This document shows positions 55,630-64,000 of a DNA stretch of 64,000 nt, in pieces. The position numbers and the translations under genes were made by a program. The stretch is from the NCBI GenBank assembly GCA_951406725.2, contig OX597820.1, positions 127,844,001-127,908,000 of the forward strand. The letters are read 5' to 3'. Position 1 is the first letter of the stretch; each line of letters begins with the position of its first letter. The DNA comes from Octopus vulgaris (lineage: Eukaryota). Under the pieces are notes generated by a model, which saw nothing but the letters and a program-made list of their open reading frames with translations, was not told the DNA's origin and made no database searches.

Positions 55630-55990
55630 TCTTTTATCTTTTACATGTTTCAGTAATTAGGCTATGGCCATGCTGGTGCAACGCTTTGGAGAGGATTATT
55701 AGCCGAATGAATCGACCCCAGTACAGTTTTTAAAATAAATTTTTGATATTTATTCTATCGGAATGTCTTGCCAAACCGTTAAGCAACGAAAACGTAAACA
55801 CACCAACACCGGTTGTCAAGCGGTGGTGGGGAACAAACGCAGACACAAAGACACCCCCCCCACACAGTTTTCGTCTACCAAATCCATTCAGATATCTTAG
55901 TCGGCCAGAGGCTAGAGCAGGAGACATTTGCCCAAGGTCTCACACAGCGGGACTGAAACAGGAACCATGTGGTTCGGAAGCAGGCTTCTT
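55630..55990 (-). mobile_element. SINE family A interrupted in its tRNA head (continues at 57933-57968)
   Basis: ggttcggaagcaggcttctt at the break, then accactcaaccatgcctg after the insert. Confidence 0.9.
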
Positions 55991-57932
55991 TATTTCATAT
56001 AATTTGCCACAAGGGCATTACACAGATGGAAGCTTTGCGGGATGGACATGGACATTAATGGTATGAATGATGGTGATGCAAAAATTATGATGGTGGGAGA
56101 AGTCGAAAAGCGCCCGCCGACTATCGCTTCTCTAAAACAATGTTCTTTTTTCCTTTTTCCCCAAAAACACAATGAGGCAATAAACCTCTTACTTAAATAA
56201 CACAATGTTCAGAAAAACACACAAAAAGTCACATGTTTCACATTTTCTAGACTTGTTCAGGTTATCCGGCCGACCAGTATCCTTGCTTCATTGAAGCATG
56301 CACCCGGTTCCAGGCCGGACCACACAGGTATAAACTTATAGGAGTCCTCCGGGAAGGAATTCATGACTCTGCACAGATCACTATACCATAGGACCTCTGC
56401 AGCCACCTGCGAAGGTCACTCAGGATCCTCCGTGCAGGACAGAAGTCCCTCTCATCGGCCCCTCCTTTCCATTTTCTTTACTTCGTTTTCTATGGTTCCT
56501 CCTTTGTGGAAGAGGGCCACATATTCAACCTTCAGCGGCACACCCGCCGGAGGAGTATTGGGACACGCCCGCAGTGTGTCACAACCCGCCGGCGATGTCC
56601 CGTTTTTCTTCTTTCTTTTTTTCTTTTTCCCTTGGGCCGCGAGAGGGTGAGGTTCCTGTGACGCACGCAACAGGTCCTCCTTTTCTCCCGCAGCCCTTGG
56701 GTCCTCCGGTGGGCAACCATTGTTGCCCACCTTTCGTTTTAATTTTTTTGAGGATGTAGAAACCTCCTCATCATCCTCCTCCTTCTCTCCCTCCATTGAG
56801 GGAGCAGGGGGAGATTCCACTATTAACTGCTCCCGGATCCTATTTTGGTCCTTGGGGCAGTTTTTCTTAATGTGGCCAGTCTCCAGGCATAGGTGACAAT
56901 TGGGGGGGGGCGTTCCTCGACCATCACCGGATACCTAGACCCGGCCATCCTCAAAAAATCTGGAAAGACCAGACTTTTGGCTGATTGGGTCCATAGGGTC
57001 AAAACAGCTTTTGACCCCTCCCAATCAGCCGCAGGCAACACTTTCACATTAAGCAGCTTGGTACTGCTACCACCCAGAGCCCGGCGGATAGAGTCCTCTA
57101 TCCACTCGGGCTCAACTCCGGGTGGCAAACCGCAGATCCAAGCTCTCAATAATTTCTTTCCTCAGTAACTTGGAAGAAACATTATTTCCTCGCCCTCGAG
57201 GGGTTGACTTGCAAAATCGCAAGCTTCTTGGGGGGGGAGTCAAATAGCAACCAGACCGTTGCATACTTGACTCCCCGTGAAATAAATTTAATGGCTGGCA
57301 TGTAATCTGCGAGCTCATTCAAAATTGTGGCCCTCAGAAAGACGGTTATGGTGTCGAGCGACTTTGAATAAGTCCTCAACACCACCGTCTTCCTTTCGAG
57401 CTCTTTTAAACATTTTTTGGGAAGTGTCAAGTCCCACACAAGAAATTCCTTTGCCACTTCAACACAAATTTCAATTACAGTTCAAAATGTAAGAAAATAA
57501 AATAAGACACAAAAAAAGAAGAAGGAAATACACAACAGAAGGGAAGAAATAAAATAAAAATAACAGTTCAAAAAAGTTCTTTTTTTTTTAAATAAACGAA
57601 AGCTTTGAAGAAGAGAGTTCAAATCCAGGCAAAGGAATAAATTAATTTTCGCCCGAAAAGGTACTCCTGGCCCAATAATCCACAGGTAAAAAATAATTTC
57701 TCACAATTATGTGAGAAAACACATACGTCTCCACTGCAAGGCAGACAACAAGCTTCGAATCCGGTAAAGACTCCCTGCCTGTTCAAAAAAATAAAACCAA
57801 CAGGCAACAAATCCTACCGGACCCAAAAAGCAAAAAGTCTTACCTTACTGTAGAGCGTCTTTTAATTTTCGCCAGCTGCGAACCAGCGTGACGACTTCAA
57901 CGGCAGAGAGAAGAAAGACTAACGACCGGAAA
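55991..57932 (-). mobile_element. ORF1-only non-autonomous non-LTR element (L1/Tx1-like), 1942 bp, 16-bp TSD
   Basis: TSD cggaagca(g/a)gcttctt at 55975-55990 and 57933-57948; the 3' end runs into AATAAA; no RT or endonuclease motifs seen. Confidence 0.8.
56452..57457 (-). pseudogene. gag/ORF1-like protein (RRM-like region, CCHC zinc knuckle, low-complexity C-terminus), frameshifted
   Basis: WICGLPPGV and PDFLRMAGSRYPVMVEERPP; CHLCLETGHIKKNC (CX2CX4HX4C) at 56857-56898. Confidence 0.8.
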
Positions 57933-57983
57933 CGGAAGCAAGCTTCTTACCACTCAACCATGCCTGCACCTTTACATACATAA

Positions 57984-58024
<41 letters not shown>

Positions 58025-58155
58025 TAGGATATGCTTTCAGTTAGCGTCAATCAAGTGCATTCACAAGGTTTTGCTCGACTCGGAGCTAGAGAAGTACCAC
58101 GCAGTGGGACTGAACTCGTAGTTATGGGACTGGAACGCAAACTTCTCGCGACACA
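58025..58155 (-). mobile_element. SINE family A fragment, diverged
   Basis: homology to other copies. Confidence 0.65.
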
Positions 58156-58329
58156 ACTTTATATATGAAAAAGTCAATTTGCATGATGCAATTACACACA
58201 TACACACACCTAAAAAGACCTCATGGTCATGGATGGAATGCATTTAATCATAAATTTGCTTGATCAGAGCTGACCTCCTTTCGAATAGCACCCTTAAGAA
58301 GATACGACAGTATCATGAGCCTTAGGTAA

Positions 58330-58629
58330 TAAGCGACGATGATCGTTGTAGTGATGGTCGTGTTGATGGAAGTGATGTTGATGTTGGTGGTAGTGATGGT
58401 GGTGGTGGTATTGGTGGTGGTAATGGTGATGTTACAGTGGTGATGGTAGTGATGATGGAGTTAAGGGAGATTGCTGTAGTCCTTGTGGTAGTGGTAATAG
58501 TTGTAGTAGTGATTTTGTTGGCTATAGCAGTTGCGGTATTACATGTAGTAGTAGTAGCAGCAGCAGCAGCAGTTGTAGTGGTAGCTGCAATAGTAGTAGC
58601 AGCAGTTGTAGTAATAGCAGGTAACAGCT

Positions 58630-58672
<43 letters not shown>

Positions 58673-58820
58673 CAGCAGCAGCAGCAGCTGCAGCAGTAGT
58701 AGTTGTAGTTGTTGTTGTTGATGTTGTTGTTGTTGGTGGTGGTGATGGTGATAGCGATAGAGGTTGCAGTGATGTTGGTGATATATATAGTGATGTGGTG
58801 GTGGCGGTGGTGTTGGTGAC
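58330..58820. repeat. (GTA/GCA/GTG)n low-complexity tract
   Basis: direct inspection. Confidence 0.9.
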
Positions 58821-58971
58821 GGTAGAGGAACAACCTTTCAACATATGTTTACTTTATCACAACAGAAAGTTGATCTAAACAGCAACAACAACACCAACAC
58901 CCTTCAAACGTCGTGATGGCCATGACCAGAATGTCTGTAATTATAAGTATCCTGGAACAGACTTCCCTTTG

Positions 58972-59180
58972 GAAGCGGTGGTGGGGAACAAACACAGACG
59001 CAAGGACCCCCCCCCCCCCACACACACACTCACAGAGTTTTCGTCTACCAAATCCATTCAGAAGTCTTGGTCGGCCAGAAGCTAGAGCAGGAGACATTTG
59101 CCCAAGGTCCCACGCAGCGGGACCGAACCAGGAACCATGTGGTTAGGAAGCAGGCTTCTTACCACTCAACCATGCCTGTA
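58972..59180 (-). mobile_element. SINE family A; local duplicate of 55817-55990 plus 57949-57990 lacking the insertion
   Basis: shares private variants (gctagagcaggagacatttg) and the flank cctttacatacataaatacac. Confidence 0.9.
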
Positions 59181-59198
59181 CCTTTACATACATAAATA

Positions 59199-59231
<33 letters not shown>

Positions 59232-60414
59232 ACACACACACATACACACACACACTAACATACATGCCAGCATTTCACTACAACTTCCATCCACCACAAC
59301 AACAATAACAGGAACAACAGCGGCACCAACAGTAACAAACGTAAATCTACACGTCCATCAGTTTACGTCTTGACAACAGAATCTCGTCGTAGAATCGTCC
59401 ATCTTGTGAAAATCCAACGAAGTTCACTTAACCAAAAAGCACTTCCATATTTGCTTCTCCCTGCAAACAATCGTTTCACGCTAGACTGTTGATACCATCG
59501 CAACCACTAAATACCACCATTGTTGTCCTAAACAAAATAAACAAATTTCCCATCTAAACACAAACCTTGACCAATGCAGCCATCATTCAGTGCCTCCATT
59601 ATTGTCATTAATGCTTTTACTTGCATTATGGCAAACTGAAATTGACAATGACACCAGCAGCAGCAGCAGCAGCAGCGAAAGCAACAACAACAACAACAGT
59701 AGCAGTAACAGCGTGACACATACATACACTCACACACACACACACACACTCACACACGCATACACTCAAACACACATACAAATGCACACATATATACACA
59801 AATACAAATTCACACGTCGATAATGCCAGCATTTCACTACAATTTCCATCCACCACAACTATTTGGTCGGCTAGAAATAGCAGTCACCAGTAAATCATAC
59901 CTTACAGTATCAGAGTTGGACCCTTTGGGAAATATGGAGTCTGGTCCCGTCTTAATTTGACTTGTCTCTCATTGGGCTTTCATCTTTTTAATGGGATCAT
60001 AGGGGTGCCGTCGTGACATATGGCGTATCGTGGGCAATTTTTATTTTGGCAGAGAACGATGTTTTGCCTAAAACAATCCTTAAAGTGGCGGGGTTGTCTT
60101 AACCAGTATGCCATTGACCGTAGGTCTCTTCGACAAGGGTCTTCCCAGACCTAAATAATAACAGCAACAAGAACAAAAACATCTACATTCTTCCAGATTC
60201 AGCTTGCTCTCTACGATGTCACTCTACATTCAAGAGGTAGCACTTCCTTCTACCTTACATCGCACATTACCATACTTAATGCAGAAGGACACATTAGGTA
60301 TGTAATTCTAGATATTTGAGTGGACTAAAGAAAGAGTGATCCTGGTTGGAATACATTTTAACTAAGGTCAGCTTAATATCAGGGCTGATCAAAGTCTAAA
60401 AGATCAAAGTGAAT

Positions 60415-60894
60415 AGTTGAATGACCAAATCCAAGCTTCCCTGCTGGTTCCTCAACAGTTACGATGGGATTTTGTTCCACCAGGGTTTGCAGAACGTCTT
60501 CGACGAGCTCTACAGATCTTAGAGGACTAGGTTTGTCTTCTAGGCTGTAATTTCCAGCTCAGAATTTCTAGAACCACCGTTGACAGTGGCTTACGTTTAT
60601 TGTCCGATCCCCATTTACTGCATTAATATTCCTCGTACTTTCTGTTCCGTTGTTGCCGTTATAGAACTCATAAAGCAAAATATGCCGGATATAATCCCTT
60701 GTCCCTTCCATTATAGCTCTGAAAAAAAAATAACTGTTAAAATTGAACTGCATTCTTCAAATCTTGCACTAAGAATAAGTAGAAAGTAAAATTACTACCT
60801 TTTATAGGAAGTTAATGCAGGTAGTTTATCCCGTCCCCCTCCGACTTTTAGTTCATACAATTGAAAAGCCGCATTATTAATGGGTTGACCCAAT
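60415..60894 (-). mobile_element. mariner 5' fragment with one TIR
   Basis: MEGTRDYIRHILLYEF...CQRWF..SLED; terminus gggttgacccaaTA. Confidence 0.85.
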
Positions 60895-60914
60895 ATATAC
60901 GACGGTATATATAT

Positions 60915-61050
60915 TTTCATCTAGCAAATCCACTCATAACGCTTTGGTCAGCCCGAAGCTATAGTAGAAGACACTCACCTAAGGTCTACGCAGTGGGATT
61001 GAACCAGGTACCATGTGGTTAGAAAGCAGGCTTCTAACCACACAGCCTCC
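60915..61050 (-). mobile_element. SINE family A, 5' half
   Basis: homology to other copies. Confidence 0.8.
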
Positions 61051-61456
61051 TTGCATATAGAAATTTTAACCCTAGGTCAATATTCTTCGAGCAAATCTGT
61101 GATCGATGTCATTCGAATTGTAGTGGTTTCGTCGTTTAACTAAACGGTGAGTTCTTTTAACTTCATCATATAAAAATATTTTTCTCTCTTTTCTAAGGTG
61201 TTTAGGAATTTGGTTGCTATTTCTAGGATGTGTAACGACCGAGTAGAGTCTTTCTTGCAGGTTCACCACTTTATATGTAAATGATAGAAGAAATCTTAGT
61301 TTGAACTCCGTTGTCTTTTTGCATTGCAGGAAAAAGAGATGCAAATTTGTCCAATCTGAAGACAAACAAATGCAATCTAACATGAGTCATTCATCCATAT
61401 GTGATGTGTGTATGCGTATCTGTCTGTGTGTGTATATATGTATGAACATATCTGTG

Positions 61457-61495
<39 letters not shown>

Positions 61496-61752
61496 GCACA
61501 GATACACACACATATGTATGTGTGTGCGCTTGCATATGTCTGGATGCATTTGTATCAGCAGAATAGTTTATTATTTGCTTGGAATACATGAATAACTTAC
61601 ATTGGGTATGGAAGTATAGATCGACTGCTTCATTACACCTTCGAACGCCAATTCTTATTCAGGCGGTAATCAGATTAATGAGTTGAAATGAGTCGAAATG
61701 GGCGAAGAATAGCAGAGTAGTGGGAAGAACGTAGATACATTGACAGATAGAT

Positions 61753-61846
<94 letters not shown>

Positions 61847-62581
61847 TTGTAGCCAGACAGAAATAGAAACGAGGGGGGTAGAAAGTGGGAGAGTAAGAGA
61901 GTGAGAGAGCGAGAGAGACAGATGGTAAGAGAAAATGAAGGAGTGTAGCATATTTCAAAATGAACATACATTGGGTTTCGTGAAGAGAAAAGTGTACGAA
62001 TGCAAGAATGAAGAAGAAATAAATAAAAAGGATAATAGAAAAGGTAAAGAATGACAAGGGAGGTAAAAGAGGAGGAAGTGGATGCGTAGAAAGTATTAGA
62101 GATGAGCAGGGAAATGAAAGATTAAGAAAAAGGAAAATTGGTGGAGGATTATGGAGAAAGCGAGGAGACAAGGCTGTAAATGGTGAGGAGATAAGCGGCA
62201 AATGAGAATAGAGCAATATCTAAATGATATTTTGATGTCGACGAAACAATGGAAAGTATTTCGAATCGAATTGTGCGGCAAGAAAAAGTTTGTCATTCGG
62301 CTTCGATTCTCGATTAACATTACATCACTTCATTTAATTCTTCTAATGCATCGGAAGAAAGAGAGGAATGTCACAATGTCCCGGTCCTTAAGTATTCCTG
62401 AAATAAAGGACGTCTCTGTATAGAAAAAGTATAAATACAGTTGTGGACCGATTCTTTTAATCACTTTCAATCCCTAGGTGGAACCGCCTCTCTCCATTTC
62501 GGGAAAATATTCTTCATGGAATCATAGACAGACTGTTGATATAAAACTATAGAATTCTCCAGGAAGAACACATTGGAATAC

Positions 62582-62630
<49 letters not shown>

Positions 62631-62636
<6 letters not shown>

Positions 62637-62748
62637 ATCACGTGACCGACCAGAGCATCAGATGTTGTTACACTTCGCTGGTCACAATGCGTTCGCATTG
62701 TTTTAGCCTTCGAATGACGCCACCCTGCTGGCTAAGCGAGCAGGCCAA
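62631..62748. repeat. short GC-richer interspersed repeat fragment embedded in (TA)n
   Basis: bounded by (TA)n on both sides; resembles a common octopus repeat from memory. Confidence 0.45.
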
Positions 62749-62862
62749 TATATATATATATATATATAGTCAATAATAGAAGGGTAAAACTAATTAATTA
62801 TTAATTAATAATTTTACCAAGTACTGTTCAGTATGTAAGAAGACCATTTACGGTATATTTAA

Positions 62863-62954
62863 AACATTACGTTATATAATTAGGGTTCAGTAAAAAAAAT
62901 TACTTTACCACACACCGAACTTTTTGTACTGAACCCTAATTATATAACGTAATG

Positions 62955-62956
<2 letters not shown>
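62863..62956. repeat. inverted repeat with 36-bp arms
   Basis: aacattacgttatataattagggttcagta / tactgaaccctaattatataacgtaatgtt. Confidence 0.9.
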
Positions 62957-63036
<80 letters not shown>

Positions 63037-63675
63037 TTACATCGCATTTTATGAGTAACGCATCGATGGTTTGATAGTCCCAACGTGGCACACATTGGTT
63101 CACTGTTATTTACGATGACAAAAGGAACAAAGGAGCGAAACATGGACAGATGAAATAACACAAAGTATTCTTACTCGAAAACCTCGGTGTACTTTGCTTG
63201 TCTCGTCGATGCTTACATCTTTTGCTGATATGAATTCATAAAAAAACATAAACATATGAGGGATTGCTGAAAAGTTTCTGTCATTTACGGTATTACGAAA
63301 TGCCAGGCTGGAGGCCCAACCATCCTTGTTCTTTTACAGGGCTTAGAAAAACTGAAGAGCCACTAGAATAAGTGTTATAGCCTCAATAAATATCTACTTA
63401 GTTGTAGAGCTGTCTACAGATGAAATACTTCGTTTAGGCGAATTAGAATGCGCTTTCTGGGGTAGATTTATGTGTGTGTAGTAGCTATACATGTCTATTT
63501 GCGCATGTGTGTATATGTATACACACATACGAGGGTGTGTGTATATGTATGTATATATTTACATAAATACATATATATATATATATATATGTGTATATAT
63601 ATATATATGAATATATGCATATATGCATATATGTATATGTAGGTTGGTGTGAGTACGAATACACACATACATATA

Positions 63676-64000
63676 TGCGCACAAGTGGCTCTGTGGTAAG
63701 TAGGTTGCTTACCAAACACATGGTTCCGGGTTCAGTCCCACTGCGTGGCACCTTGGGTAAGTGTCGTCTCCTACTATAGCCTTGGGCCGACCAAAGCCTT
63801 GTGAGTGGATTTGGTAGACGGAAACCGAAAGAAGCCCGTCGTATATATATATATATATATATGTGTGTGTATGTGTGTGTGTGTTTGTGTTTGTGTTTGT
63901 CCCCCCCCCCCCCAACATCGCTTGACAACCGATGCTGGTGTGTTTACGTCCCCGTCACTTAGCGGTTCGGCAAGAGAGACCGATAGAATAAGTACTAGGC
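63676..64000 (+). mobile_element. SINE family A, young copy running off the window end
   Basis: A box tggctctgtgg, B box ggttcagtccc, core ccttgggtaagt. Confidence 0.95.

Noticed and set aside
59930-60160. possible 3' UTR of a non-LTR element ending before (TAA/CAA) repeats
   Set aside because: no coding motif or second copy in the window to support it
63255-63380. possible mariner terminal fragment
   Set aside because: too short and diverged to support without a search

Overview
AT-rich, microsatellite-dense, non-coding animal DNA. The SINE families and the (TA)n/(TATC)n/(CA)n density suggest an octopus genome, which is an inference from recalled repeat sequences, not a search. No intact host gene is evident, and most ORFs in the supplied track are translations of microsatellites. 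The window is a nest of transposons: several Tc1/mariner relics (one full-length with TIRs and TA TSD, one DD37D), a nearly intact 5'-truncated CR1-group LINE, R4/Dong- and HERO-type fragments, Penelope-like (GIY-YIG) elements, a FLYWCH-bearing MULE derivative, two probable non-autonomous Helitrons and more than 20 tRNA-derived SINE copies of three families. Three observations stand out. (1) A 1.94-kb element encoding only an ORF1/gag-like zinc-knuckle protein sits in the tRNA head of a SINE with a 16-bp TSD, and an empty-site duplicate lies 1 kb away. (2) About a dozen type-I hammerhead-ribozyme motifs from about eight unrelated families are present, many inside tail-to-tail foldback elements. 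(3) One foldback element has a near-perfect 191-bp copy of nearby genomic DNA at its inversion junction.
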